From positions 231,235 through 295,234 of the forward strand of contig CAJINV010000028.1 of the NCBI GenBank assembly GCA_905178155.1: 64,000 nt of DNA, given 5' to 3'. Below, piece by piece: positions 21,802 through 35,186 of this stretch. This stretch comes from Amoebophrya sp. A120 (taxonomy: Eukaryota > Protista > Dinoflagellata). Each line of letters starts with the position of its first letter. Position 1 is the first letter of the stretch. The position numbers were made by a program, and so were the translations under genes. The notes beneath the pieces were generated by a model that saw only the letters and a list, made by a program, of their open reading frames with translations, did no database searches and was not told where the DNA came from.

Positions 21802-23625
21802 CCTGCAGCAAAGACCTTCGCGTTCTTCGGGTTGATAAACTAATACAACTATTTGACTGGGAAAAATGAAGCGAGATCGAAACCGCAATGGATCAAAATA
21901 ATGTTGAACCTGAACTGCAAGTCCAAGCTTCACAAATGAAACAAAGCTAGAAGAGCTGGCAACTACTCCAACTACACTTGCAACTAGTACTAATCGAGTT
22001 GTCAGAGGACGAGAAATCGTACTGTGAAATCCAGTTCTGAAAGGTGATCAGCGCAAGAGTGGTTTTTAGATCAGTCGCAGTCACTCAGCCCGATCGTGTA
22101 TTACTTCCAACACGAGTGGTCTGAGGTAGATCTTCGATTGAGGTAGGAGCTACAACTGCGTTCAGGATTCTCCAATCACGTCGGAAATAATCACGGCATG
22201 AGCTCAGGATCTTCAAATTGTGCCACTTCTAACACACCTACAACACGAGCATGGATGTTTGTTGAAAAAACAATCGACACAGATGCATTCGTGGTCAGCT
22301 TCCTTTGAATTGCGTGACCTTCGTCCGACGCTTGCTTCATCTGCGACTTTGCCTCACCTTGACCCTTCAACATCAAGCTCGTCCAGTCGTGATCCACATC
22401 TTCATTGATCTCTAGTAGCGCTGCTTCGCGTACCTTCAGCAATAGACCTCCGCTCCTGATCAAGCCTGCACCAAGTAACATCAGAAATATTGTTTTCGTC
22501 GTCAGCGGCCAGAGGATCGAGGTTTTCGTTTTCCAATAATTGCAACTGGATACAACAGGATTCGAACATGGAAGAGGAAGAACAAAATGTCCGGGCTGCT
22601 CCTGTGTCACCTTTCTACTTTCATTCTTCCATCCGCGGCCCAAGCTCCGAATAAACGACTGACTTTCATCAAAAATGATCGCTAGATGTACCAAATTCAG
22701 GTATGATGTCGCAATATAATCAGGCTGCTGGTGCCAGGACCGTCAAAGGTCTTCGTCTTGGTCCTTAGGCATAGACCTTTTTGAAATCTCATCACAGTGA
22801 ACCGTTATTGCGATGCGCTAAGCTAGACATAGACTCTTCTAATAAAATCATTTCAAGGAAAAACTTACCTAGTTGTGGGTACAAAAGGAAGTTGATGAGT
22901 TTCAAAAACAGAAAAAGTCTCCTGGCGCAACTTGAACCTTATCATGGTCTGATACAAAGGCATGTAAAAAAATCTTCGTCGTTAGTAAATCGTTGCTCCT
23001 TACTAACCTCTGGATAGGCAGCATTGGCCCTGCTATTTTGTGCCAATTCCTATGTACAAATCTTTTTACAACAATGAAGCGTCTGGAGCTTCGACTTCTG
23101 TCGTCTGCAATCGTGGTGCACACGAGGTACAATCTCATTCTTGAAAGACCAGGTCGGTACTTTTCTCTCCAGCTATGAATCAGAATTCTTGGACTGTATC
23201 TATAGGTGAGTACTGTGTTCGCAGGTGCCCTTCGCAATACACCACGTCGCTATCGCTAAATGTCAAAATACAATAAGATCTTTTGTCGTAAATACATAAG
23301 ATCAGGGAGCATGGTGGTCGAGCAACAATTTAAATCCTGCTGCTACTCTAGATTTGTGGTTGTTCGTTGTACGAGTTAAAAAAATTGTTCGTTCGTCGTG
23401 TCTTCGCTAGTTTGATTTGATTGGTACGTAATAGGTAGTGGTTAACCGTTTCCATAAACTGCACTTTCAAGTTGGACCGCTATCCTTCGATAAAAAAGTT
23501 GATCGTTGTACTGTTAAAACCTAAATCTCCATCTCCCAGAGATGCAAATTCTTCGAAATACACCAAAACCACGAATGCATCGCTTTGGTGCTCCTGTATA
23601 ATTTCGTCCGCATTTCTTTTCTCGA

Positions 23626-26600
23626 TCAGCGTCTCCGACTGTCACGGCGGCGAGACCGGGTTGCATTTCTGCTCCTGTTTCTACGACCACCGCTCCGACG
23701 ACCCCCACGACTGGCGCCCCGACCGCGGCCACGACTGTCATCTCGACGCTTGCTCATGGATCTCGACCGCCGGCGACGACTGTCTCTACGCCGGGTACCA
23801 TTTCCTCGGCGATCGCGGTCATAGCTCTGCTTCTCCTGGATCAGGTCCTCTACGAGCCTCTGCGCGCCCAGCCGACCTGGAAGGGTGTTGGTGCCGTGTT
23901 CGTGTATTGCTATTGCAATAAGTTTATGCATTTACAATTTTTTCCGAATGGCTTTTTTACAATGATAGGGAGTTAGCAGAATGACTTATATGAAAGAATG
24001 GAAGTAGTAGGCTCAGCGAACTAGATGAGTATGAGTTACAGTTACATGGTGAAAACAGTTCTAATTCATTTTCATAACTCGCGAAATATTACCAGTAGGA
24101 TCCGGATTCCTGTGTCCTTCTTCCTGCCCAAACACGAGCAGGCGCTCCACATCGGTCTTCGGGTATCGTATCAAAATCAACTGCAAGAAAAATCCTGTCG
24201 GGGTCTGAGAGAATGAAAACCAAGAAATCGTGCCCTTTCAACGAGTTAAGAACTCATACTGAGTGTCGTATCTGCCGAGCAGATGAGAACCGCACAGTTT
24301 TTATTCAAGCAAAACTACGATTTCCCTTCATGCTAGTCCAGCAACTTCTACCGTTCACAAACCCTGAAACATAAGAGAAAGAGGCTCAGTTTTTTTATTT
24401 TTTCGTCTACATGATTCTACTCAATGCAGCAACAAAGCACGTTTATCTTTATTCCCGACCCCGATACTAGAACAAGCTATTTATCAAATGCATATCCCGA
24501 GCAAGAAAGCAGAAAGTCCGTGTCTGCTCCTCCACTTTCCGTAGCTCTATCCTGAGTAAAAAGGTACCCACACCAGAGATGTAATGCAGATTTGCAAAGA
24601 CAGGAAGACTTGTAATGCGCAAACCCATGACAGCCATTTCCAATCGTGTTTTTGAATTTGTGATGCTGTGAACAGGATGAGCAGATGAATCTGTGATGCG
24701 GCTGCACTTGCTAACCTGCACTACACTTCATAGCGCAACTTGTCATGCGTGACTCACAAAACTCCTAGGTTTGTGTTGCAAAATCCCCATCCTGACTCTG
24801 GTGTGGGTACGTTCTTACTCAGGATAAGCTCATTTCCGTGTTTACCAGTGACCCAACCAATGCACTCCGCCGGGATGGCAACTTCCAGGCAGTCCTTCCG
24901 ATTGCGCGCGTCGACGTCCATTTTGCCATGCCGCTGTTCTAGGAGCCACTTCACGTAGTCGTGGCAGTTCCGCTATCCTGTTGACAAAAGAATCGCTCTC
25001 TACTAACTGCAGTATTAAAGCATCACAACTTCTCTAAGTATATTTGTATTTCCATTTCCTCATCTTTCAGTTACAGCATGGCAATTCCGCATGACAAAAC
25101 TTCCGTTTCTGATGCTGAAAAACCTGTTCAAAATAAAACATGTGATTCACTGCAGCTAGCAAGCCATCAGTTCGGTTTCGCAGTGGATACACGTCGCTTT
25201 TCCAAGGTTCCCGCCATGAGAATATGCTCGCCGATGATTTGCACGTGACACCCCGACGCGAGCGCGAGCTTCACACGCGTACTTCCGCCTTGTCCCAAAC
25301 AGTAGGCAATGGCTTCGTCCTTCAGGTGCATAATGTCCGTCGAAAACCTGACAATTCAGATAGATTGAATCTTCGGATCAGATTGCGTAGTTGTGACGAA
25401 AAATTGCAATTTCTTGGTCTATGATCACTGCCGCACGCCCAACGTTGTACGTTAAGTCTGATCATGTATTACTGTACGATAATGAGATATGTTGCAGCGC
25501 ACATTTTATTTATCACTATTGATAGATTGTGCGTTGTCACCACGAATCAACAAAAAAAATATTTGTGGATTCGGCGCACACAACGTGGCTGATCTTGTAG
25601 ATAGTCTGCTCTGCGCCATGCTCCACTGTGCATGGCAGAATATATAAAATGAAAAGCAACTATACCCAGGGTTTTTCCATTCGTCCCTGTTTTCTTCCAG
25701 GTCCTTTGAGAAGTAGCCCTTCTCCTTTGACTCGACCGAAGATTTCACTTTCAGCTCGGCCCCCTTGCTATGAAAGCCCTAGGTTGGATATTCTCAAAGT
25801 CAAAATAATTTGCAATCCAAAAAATCGACTCCTGTTGAAGCGCCATTTGTAGTCGGCGCATGACAAATTTCCCGGGCACTTAAAGCATGTTTGTCATGCA
25901 GGTGAAGGCAAAGGGGTGCCCTTCTCTCATGCTAAGCAGCACTCCAATTTTTCACCCCCAGCAGGACAATAGTCGGCCTCCATTGCGGCCTCTGCAATAC
26001 AGTCTTTTTTGCGTCGCATTCCATGCATCAGAAATCATTTCAACTTTGAGGATTTCCATTCCGAGGCTTTCATACTTGCGGGCCTGCTCGTCACCGAAGA
26101 TCGCCAGCCACTCGAACGGCGTTTTCTCACTCTTGATATATGAGAATGCACAACTCCCTCTCCCCCTCATTTGTATAGCATGAACGGCAATACAAGCACC
26201 AGCAAGTATGCCGGTTTTGCATGACAGATTTGCACTGGATTGTAGTGCTATTTGGGCTACCAGAACTTGTCATGCATAATAGTGACAGAAGGGAAAGCGT
26301 GGATATGGATTGGGTATTTTGCATGAGAAATGAGAACGAGGGGGAGTTGTGCACTGTCATATGATACCGGTGAAGAACATGAGGCAACCGAAGTCCATTT
26401 CGATCGTAGAAAGGGCTGCGCGACGGGAACCGGTGATGTAGCCCACGCACTCCTGGAAGAAATTTTTATATGGCTGTTTTTCGATTTATGCTGATGTTAA
26501 TCGATTTTTGAGAACTACGTCGAGGAGCAAAACGAAAACTCAACGTGGAAAAATTATACAACCGTTTCACTTCATTTTGCATTCTCGATGAGCATCAACA

Positions 26601-29509
26601 TGCTGTAAACAAAACTGTGTAGGTGATTCTTGCACAGCAAAACGAAAGAGAATTTTATCTTTTTTTTCGCATAGTATTTCGACTTACCCGGGGAATTTTG
26701 AGCATTGTGCAGTCATCTCGGGACTCCGCGTCTGGGACGTCAACAGGTCCGTCTAGCCTATCCAGCAAAAACCATGAGTCGGGGTCAGCGACACTGCAAG
26801 CATTCAGTTGCTGCATTCGAAGTGGAGATCTACATTCAGTCGCTACAGCGGCTTCGTCCTCGGGTCGTCAAGATCAGGAACATATACTTGACAAAATTAA
26901 GTTTAAGAAGGCGCTATTTATTACTTGCGTGCGTTGTGTACGTATTGAGAAAAATTGAATTCATGCGAAGAAAATTTTTCATGCGACAATTACATGCGGT
27001 TTCCGTTTGATATGAAAATACATGGAAAGCGAAAAGCAAAACAAAATTGATCTTCGTTGTTCTGAGGTCCATAGTATACTTGGTTGATAGTCTCTGACCT
27101 CAACGGCGTGTCTGCGGCGGATAAAGCTGCGCAAACAGCCACTTCATGTACTGTCTGAGGGTACGCCGCCGCGCGCGATCACCTAATCGAAATTTTCATT
27201 CGCATTTGCTACAGTTCAAATTTACTCCATGAGAATTATGTCCATCAGCATGCACTCAATATCAATGGACGCGTTGTAAAAGAGATGAACTGACCGATCT
27301 TTCTTACATAGCCTAACTGACCGATCTTTCTTGCGTCGCCTGCAACCGTACAACTGCAAGTGAAGTGGAGCAATATTATAGGTAAATGTACTTACTACAA
27401 TCTACTACAACGTGGAAAACTTTTATACCAGTAAAGACCGCTACGTTTCCAATGTACTGCAACAGGCAGCCGCTGGCTTTTTCCAGCTTCCTCCTGGTGG
27501 CGCCGTTCTTTCCGAGCGCAAAGGAGAGCTGCGAGTCGTCTGAGAAGGGCATGACACCGCTCCGCCAATTCTCTCCGTCTTCGTCGCGGGCGAGAATTTC
27601 CGCTCGGTGCTTTTCGAAGTACCCCGCGCACTTCGACTCGATAGCGGACAGCACCTTCAGCTCTGCGCCGCGACGGTTGCGCCGATCCGCACCGAAAATG
27701 GCCAGTCGCTCCATCTCCTTGGTCATGCGACCGTCCTTATGGACAGAGAAAAGTTTGTCAAAGTCACTAACACTATCTTGCAGGTTTTGCATGAGAAATT
27801 TTTGGCATCACAACTTTTTTCTTGTATTCAGCAGAAGCACAAGGTAAATCGTGTATGAAATGCGACTGTGATGCATGTTGATGCATGACGGATGCCATTT
27901 GTGTTGCAAGATTGCCGATGAGTGATCGTGACGAACTTTTTTTCTTTGATAGTCCTTCTTGCCGTTGTAATCAGCGAAGAACATCAAGACCGATATGCAA
28001 GAAAAGAACTGTGTAAGTGTAAATTTGTGTTGCAGAAGATGCAACAGAGTTACACCTGTCATGCCAGACAGCCATGAAGTCCTCTTTTCGTGTGTATTTC
28101 CCCTGACAAACCATGCATGGCAGGTTTTCTCTGTCATGTAGAACAAATTTGTGATGCTGTTCCTCAAAGAAAGTTACACTTACACACTTTTTTTCCTGGA
28201 TAACCGACCACTCGTCTTCGATGGTACGCAGAAAGTTTCCGCCGCGCCCGGTGACAAACCCGCAGGCGTCGTTCGGAACGTCCAGCAGGGTCAGGTCTCC
28301 GTCATCGTGCGACTCGCGCTCCACGAGGACCGGCCCGACCCGCTGCGCCGTCAGAAACTTGGAGTACTTCATCGCACGGTCCACCTGCGTATCCTTAGTA
28401 AAAACGTCCCCACCCCATGGTCAAGATGGGGATCTCGCAACACAAATCGCGAAGTTTTGGGAGTCAAGCATGACAAGTTCCTCTCTGTAGTGTGGTGCAG
28501 TTTAGCAAGTACAGCCGCAACACAAATCCATCTAGTCATTCTGTTTACAGCATTACAAAGTGCAAAATACGATGGGAAATGCCTCTAATGGGGATGCGCA
28601 TTACAAATCCTCCTATAACTGCAAATCTGCATGACAAGTATGGGGTGGGGACGTTTTTACCCAGCGTACTGTGCTTGGGTTCCTTTCGCCTGCAGAACGA
28701 GGTCGTCCATGCTGAGTGATGCCACCCCCGAGGCATTGGCGATCTTCACTTTCGTCTTGCCGTTCCGCCCCAGCACGAACGCCGCGTCGTTGTTGCTCAA
28801 TTTCAGAGTACATGACACGGTTTCCTCGGCCTTTTCTTCTCCTTTTCCGTCGCCGGACTTTGTCTTTTTCGGTTTGTATCCAAGGGAAAAATGTTGTTTG
28901 ATGTCACAGGAGGGGACTTCTTGGAAATGCGAAGGTTCTGCTTTTTGAGATGGTTGAGTTCTACGTGAATGGGGATCAGGTTTACGGGTGAAGATGCATC
29001 TCCATGCGGGAAGTATCACCAATAGTTTTGCGAAGTTACATTCAAATACATCATCGTTTGGACCAGCAGTAGACCATGAAGCCATAAATTAAGTACTTGT
29101 AAATAAAGGTGCGAGAAATCCTTACACTGCTATTCCAAATTCATCTGGTTCTTCGAGCCGAAGCTTTAATATTTCGAGTTTCAGTTTCGATTTCAACCGA
29201 ATTCCAAAAGAGTTGCAACGAACAGCAAGATCAACAAGGTCGTGGTCCCAATTTCTGCAACTGCTTTTTCATGTATTCCTTTGCGCCCCTGACGAAACAT
29301 CAAACCTACTTTTTTCTGGAGGGTAGCGACCTCGAACGACGGTCGGAACCGGCGCTGCGCTCTCGGATGGGAGAGTTGGATTTTCCGCGCGAGGAGGACG
29401 ACCTCCGGTTGCGCCGCACCGAACGCTGCCGTTTGGATTTACGCTCTTTCGCTTTCCGAGAGGAGTCCCCGGACCGGGAGCGGGAGGTCGAAGAATCGCG
29501 ACCCGACAT
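23626..29509 (-). CDS. Multi-KH-domain RNA-binding protein (6 KH GxxG loops) with N- and C-terminal RS-rich regions; 10 introners plus GT-AG introns
   Basis: KH loops VLGRNGK, VTGRGGN, ALGKNGA, ITGSRRA, CLGQGGS, VTGKHGN; RS ends MSGRDSSTSRSRS..RSRSP and ..RSRRRDSRRR*; all introner junctions in frame. Confidence 0.9.
24169..24494. mobile_element. Highly degenerate introner
   Basis: TATCAAAATCAA...TTATCAAATGCATA; flanks 3/5 match; +5 removal gives LARDPKTDVERLLVFG. Confidence 0.6.
24548..24826. mobile_element. Introner family B (young)
   Basis: TATCCTGAGTAAAAAGGTACCCACACCAGAG...CTCTGGTGTGGGTACGTTCTTACTCAGGATA; TSD agctc/agctc; inverted near-copy of 41781-42059. Confidence 0.95.
24974..25189. 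mobile_element. Degenerate introner
   Basis: TATCCTGTTG...CGCAGTGGATA; internal GCATCACAA/GCATGACAAA; +5 removal preserves KH helix spacing. Confidence 0.65.
25769..26074. mobile_element. Introner family H
   Basis: TATGAAAGCC..GG.TGGA.AT.CTCAAAGT TIR at both ends; TSD cttgc/cttgc. Confidence 0.9.
26139..26361. mobile_element. Introner family G
   Basis: TATGAGAATGCACAACTCCC...GGGAGTTGTGCACTGTCATA; TSD tgata/tgata. Confidence 0.9.
26759..27123. mobile_element. Highly degenerate introner
   Basis: TATCCAGC...GCGGATA; flanks tagcc/aagct; +5 removal gives KWLFAQLDGPVDVPD. Confidence 0.6.
27738..27951. mobile_element. Introner family E
   Basis: TATGGACAGAGAAAAGTTTGTCA...TGACGAACTTTTTTTCTTTGATA; TSD gtcct/gtcct. 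Confidence 0.9.
27994..28202. mobile_element. Introner family E
   Basis: TATGCAAGAAAAG..TGTGTAAGTGT...ACACTTACACA..TTTTCCTGGATA; TSD accga/accga. Confidence 0.9.
28390..28668. mobile_element. Introner family B
   Basis: B TIRs; TSD ctgcg/ctgtg; removal gives GTQAQVDRAMKY. Confidence 0.9.
28877..29325. mobile_element. Degenerate E-like introner
   Basis: TATCCAAGGGAAAAATGTTGTTTGATG vs reverse complement of the other end TACCCTCCAGAAAAAAGTAGGTTTGATG; +5 removal gives RSRSPKKTKS. Confidence 0.65.
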
Positions 29510-30816
29510 AATTTCTTGACTGGATATGCTGTTGATGATCTCGTTTTCGAAGTAAAACAACTCGACGTCGTCGTAATAATCGTATCACAGACTTTATTTC
29601 CTTGTCGGTGAAAGTAAAACCAGAATGAACTTTGTTTTATTTGATATTCTTTGCCGAACGAGAACGAGTACAAGAATGTTTCGAGAAACGAACGGGCTGT
29701 ACGTAGGTCCTCTTTTGCTGTACTTCTATCGCCATTTGGAAAAAAGACCTTGTTCGTGATGGAATTCTTCGAAAATGAAAAATCAAAGAGGACGCTGCTT
29801 TCCCAAAAGGTCACTTCCTACTTGATGTGCAACACAAAAAATAGATCTCCAGTCTGGCGAAAAAGCTGCTGCACGGCACGACAGATCGATGGTGGCATGG
29901 ATCTTCTTCAAGGAAAAAAACATCTCGTGATGGATCTTCAACTGTTTCGCTTCAATATTACCCTAGCGGGATGGGCAAAAATCTGTATCTCGGAGGTTCA
30001 TGCGCAGACATTTCTTTTTGTTTCGTGTCAGCCCTATTTTTTCCATCCATTGAACCCAGAAAGCCAAAAAATGCTAAAATCCAGTTCCAAATTCCGCGCT
30101 GCGTGTACATGTTCCTGAACAAGATCCTGAAGACGATAGTAGTACCGTAAATTACTAGCAAACCTCTGGTCGGTGGATCGGTACAAGCTGCGCTACGGCG
30201 GAAACGAGTGCATTCTGCTTTGCGTCCAAGCTTCACTGTAGTCGGATCGCGCTCACGGTCAGTCCTGCGGTCGTTGCAATTTGATCCTATCAAGTAGAAA
30301 TATTACTTCATCGTCGACGAAAATCAAGGAAAGAGATCGGCAAATACTGCAGTCCTGCGACTGCCTAACCAGCGTGAAACAGGTCTATCAAGGATACTTC
30401 ATCTGCGAGTGTGAACAAAAGAGCTCGCTTGGAAAATCGGTGCGTGGCTGCCTATGCCAAAAGGTCGTTCTTCGCAACCTTCATTTCTTGATCTGAACAG
30501 TGGTAATTCCTTCACAATTATTATAGCCACACAATTAAGTCAGGGAAATTCAGTTTATTTTGTCGTGTTAAAGCCGCGGCGAAGCGGATATTTTTTCTTG
30601 ATTCACATGTATATTTTCATTCCGTCGTGAGCAGAAAACCGAAAGCGATAGCTCTTTTGGTGGTTCACTATGTTTACTTCAAATCAATGTCTACTTCTAG
30701 TTCATCTACTTAGCAGCACTCTGTTAGTAGAAATCAGATAAGCGTACGTAAATCTCCGCACATCAGAAGTAGTCAAGTGGTACTTACTACCGGTGGCTGC
30801 GTGGGTCAAAAAAAAT

Positions 30817-31884
30817 TCACAGCCAAGAAAAGATCAGGTCCGCGTTTTCCTTCAGTTTGTTGTAGCAGGCGCGGTTCAGCGAAATGCCCTTTTTTCCCGG
30901 TCTTTTCTCGTGTTCCCCGGCCTTGTCGGTGCCGTCGTAGAACTCCCGTAGATCGACGAGCTTGTTGCCCTTGAAGATGTTGTAGGTAACGCGCTTGGCG
31001 CCCCCGAGCTCGCGGAATTTCCCAGCGGTCTCGTTGGTTTCGAGCCAGTCGTCGATATCCGGAAAGAACTCCATCAGCTTCTCAAAGTCCCGTTTGTTCA
31101 GGGTGAGTCCCTTCCTACCCGGTTTCATTTCCCCGGTGCTGCTATCCAGGTAGTACTCGCGCACGTTGATGAACACCCGGTTTTTGTACTGCGAAAACGA
31201 GGCTCGTTTGCCATTACCCAGCTCCACAACCTTGTTTTCATTTTCTGCGGGGGCCTGCTCTTCGGGTTGTTGTAGTTCATCCCCAAACGCGGCGGCGGCG
31301 GCGGCACCTGCAAGAAGTTGTACATCTGGCAGCTCCACGAGCTTATTTTCATGCTCGTCCTTGTCCTCTTTAAACAACGCATCTAGCTCCGCGTCCAGCT
31401 GATCATAAACAGGACCACCTCCGGCGGCAGCAGCACCTGCAAATGAGATGAAGTGAGTAGATTGATTGATTGTATATTTTCACTTCTTGTTTCCGAACAA
31501 TCATGAGTGAAAGTTGCCTTGCACAACAAAAGAAGCTCACCCGCCGTCGTTATATTTTTTTGCGCGAAAGCACAAGCAGGACGTGGCAGATCTCGAAGCA
31601 TGAACGATCAGAACAATTTTAGCGCCATGAATACAACAGCCGGACATGACCACGACACTTCTCTTATAGAGGACTCGTAAAAAATGCTTAGTACCATTGC
31701 CATGGCTCTCCCCGGCTGCGCCAGCTTCTTCCGCATTTTTAGGCCCATTTTTCACCTTCACGGGAAGGTCTTCTTCCGGAAGTAGCTGCTGTTCCATTTT
31801 CACCGCAACAGGGGCTGCCTTTTCTGCCCCGGCGTCGTCCTCCGGAAGCTGTTCAATTTTGACTTTCTTGCGTCGAGGCGCCAT
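30817..31884 (-). CDS. SUB1: PC4/Sub1-family ssDNA-binding transcriptional coactivator with two PC4 domains (conventional introns, no introner)
   Basis: KRASFSQYKNRVFINVREYY..MKPGRKGLTL and KRVTYNIFKGNKLVDLREFY..KRPGKKGISL; probable first exon MAPRRKKVK at 31884. Confidence 0.9.
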
Positions 31885-32280
31885 CTTGCAGGGGGATAAC
31901 TGACCTTTCCTTTATCACGGTCTCTGCTGGTGGTCCACGAGTGGGAAAAACTATGATGTATGTACTCGTGAAATAACAAACTCTCAAAAATTGCTCACTT
32001 GAGCTTTCCTTGTGCTGTTCTAAGAAGAGGCGGTCGGGAAAAATGACAGTGGCGTCATCGATAAATAAGTTTGTAAGTGTACTAACACGCAGTGTGCGCA
32101 CAAGGATTTACGAACAAAAAATTTGGTGGCTTCTTCCTAAAAGTTGATATCTTCGATAAACTTTCCTGCTGGTTGTAGGCAAAAAAAAAGGCATCAAAGA
32201 AAACCAAAAACATATGAGTAAACACGAAACACATCTCTATGGATCGAAATCGGGAAAAAAATCGAAATACCGCTATACAT

Positions 32281-35186
32281 CTATTGTACTGACCTCAAAA
32301 AAGGATGATCCGGATCTTGAGGAACGACCAAAACCGCGAAACTGATCCAGTAGCAAGATCCGTTTGAATTTTCACCTTTCGCAGACTCGATGCTAAAGAG
32401 CTCTTCGTCGGGATAAATGCAAGCGGCCTCGTCTTCTACACATTGGCGCTGGCATGGAAGTGGGAACGGCAGAAGGTCCTGCTCAAGGAAAAATGTATTT
32501 TGAGGTACTTCTACTTGTCGGTATGTACCACGATGCGATGAAGACATTTTCTGCAGAGCTGCGTCGCGGAGTATTGGTCTCCAAATCGCGGACAGCATTC
32601 ACTTAAAAGCCAGCTGAAATACAAAATCCATCGGTGAGAAAAAAATGATACTCACAATTCGATGCTTTTTCGCATCAATCGCACTACTTGTAGTTTGCTC
32701 TAGTTATAAGTGTCACAGACATCATCTCTTCGGTTGGTATTGTCGCAAGTTTTGACGGGCATACTCTTTGCGAATCTCCCGTTCCTGCAAGTCCTTTTTA
32801 TGCATTGTAAATGCCCCTGCGACGTCTGGAAGAATGCAAACTTACGAGCCTCAATTAGGACCATAGGGACTACGATCTAGCACACAAACGAGCAGAAAAT
32901 CTTTATCTTGCGCAATTTTTGTTCCAATCTACAACAATACACCGAGTTTGTGATGCGGAATCATAACTTTGAAAACCATTGATCTTGCTGCTGTGAGTGT
33001 GGCAGACGTCTTTCTCTTTTTACAATTATAGACAGAGGTCCATCTGTCACTGTCTCTGTCTGTCATGGACACGGTGAACTACAGACGATAGATTTACGTT
33101 TACCTTGGTCTGGTCCTTCTAAATACACAATTTGCACGACGCCTTCTGTATTCTCCCAGACGAGCCAGACTTTTTTGCAGTTGACACCTCGCGCGACGTT
33201 GCTCTTTATACGTTGTTTTGCATCTGCGTTGCGTTTTGACCACCTTCAGATGGCCCACCTTGGACGGAGACGATTCAGGCTTGACGGCGTACTACATCAT
33301 GCGCAAAAATGCACGAGCCAATGCCAGATTAGAGTTCCTGCTGGTGACTTTGTTTTTGAATCAGTCCCTGTGCTGGCGATTGTGAGATGCTATTGACCAC
33401 TACGCTAGACATGGAAGGACGAATACTGTGCACATTTTGCAATCATGCGCATGCTATAGAATTCTACAAAATTAGAAAAATAATTTCTGTGCGATCGAAA
33501 CGAGGAACTACTTGCAGCTGCCTAATCAGAAAAATTGCGTCATATTACTAGTGCCAGCAGCAATACATACAAAGTGCTGATAAGATGATGAGATCATGCG
33601 GCTCGCAGAGTCGTCGAAATGGAAGACGCGCACATTTTCAGTATGGTAATTGTCAGCCGTAGCGGTTGCCTGTCTGAAGGTTTCATGCCGTGTAGTCGCT
33701 GTTCCACTTGGTCAACATGTGACGAGGATACGGAGGCCGACGCGAAAAAAACAGCGTTCTTGCCCATCTGCTCAACAGACGAAGCCTTCTTGTTCGGCTT
33801 TTCGTTCCCCCATGACAGGCTTTCCGCAATGGCGTCCGTGACGAAGTGGTATTGTACGCACCTGCGGAATAGCAATGGAGGCACGGCACCGAGGTCTGGC
33901 GAAAGGTCGCCAATTTTTCCGCGAATCACTTTACGCACGGTATAGAAAGAGCAATGTCTGACCACCAAAACCAAAATCTGACGTGCTGGCAGGACATGAT
34001 ACAGCTGTATTACATGTTCATCTGAAAGAACAAAACTGGAGAGTCACATAACAAAAGGTTTTTTGCGTCCATTGCCACAGGCTACTTTCAGTACTCATGA
34101 AAACGCATGCCCAACCACTTGGCGGATGTTTCTGTTTCTCGGCAGAAGTGCAGTATGATCTCTTTCGATAGGCCGCTTCCAGTAGATCGTTGGTGCTTGT
34201 TATCCTGCTCGGAAACCTTTTGAGAATTTGCAGCGACAGTGGCAGTGCGTTCTTCCCATCGACGCCGTGTTCGTCCACCGAGTCGCGTTTTTTGTACTCC
34301 TGCGCAGCCAGCTTTAGCAGCGGTGTCAGAACCGAAGTCTGGAAGGTTTTCCGCTCTGCCACCTGGGACGTCGTGGTTTTCGGCCCCTGGATCTGAACTT
34401 GAAAATGTGCCTCGAGGAAAATGATCCACAGCGGTATCACGGGTAACTGCAGCAGAGCTTCTTTTACGGCGGGGTCGTCGATTCGCCAGCGGCTGGCGGG
34501 AACCTCTGCAAATGCGTTCCGCAGCAGCAGGTTGGCGTAAAAGTCGTTCGATCGCACCACCTCCTGCGGAAGTCGATTCAACGTTTTGCGAGCCTCCTTG
34601 TAGTCCTCGCTGATCTGCTCGAGGTCCTCCTTTGTGTGGTGCTGTCCGGCCCGGTTTTGGGGATAATATCAGGTGGAAATGTACCTAGGTCTACTGAAAA
34701 ACAAAAAACGTGTATAGCAAAGCAGGCAAGCAAGTGTGATCTTTGTTGAGTCCTTGGATTTATAAATGTTGATGCTCTTGCTCGCACTTCTCACGACACA
34801 TTACTTGCTTCGATCTACTTTTCTTGCAGATGTTCTACTTGTCTAGAAGCACGAGGGGACAATTAGACGCCGGATGTTTAAGTACGACAGAGGCCGGGAC
34901 CCAGCGAAACAAAGATCTCAGACGGAGGACACCTATCTCTACAGATCTAGCAACTCAAGACCCAGCCACATATTGTGGGGCGTAGCTGCCAGTGGATCGC
35001 GACATTTGGGATTCGCCGCGTTTCGCGAATACTTTCGGCGCCGGAATCATCATCTGCGTCAATTCTCCAGCACAGCAGCTTCGCGACGAACTGCAACACA
35101 AGCGCGACAAACTCCGTCTTTGAAGAAATAAGTGCGGGGTAGCGGGCCGAGGGTGCGGCGCAGCGGGCAGAAGTCAAAAGCGCCAT
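32281..35186 (-). CDS. Hypothetical multi-exon gene (structure unresolved)
   Basis: GC-richer minus-strand ORFs 34018-34581, 33594-33974 and 32281-32598 separated by AT-rich intron-like DNA; no family recognised. Confidence 0.45.
32799..33186. mobile_element. Degenerate introner family A
   Basis: TATGCATTGTAAATG..GTCTGGAAGAAT...ATTCTCCCAGAC..CCAGACTTTTTTGCAGTTGACA; flanks diverged; frame not tested. Confidence 0.6.

Noticed and set aside
22191-23237. Gene or transposase in ORFs 22191-22694 and 22902-23237
   Set aside because: No recognisable motif and neighbouring frames are interrupted by stops; cannot be supported
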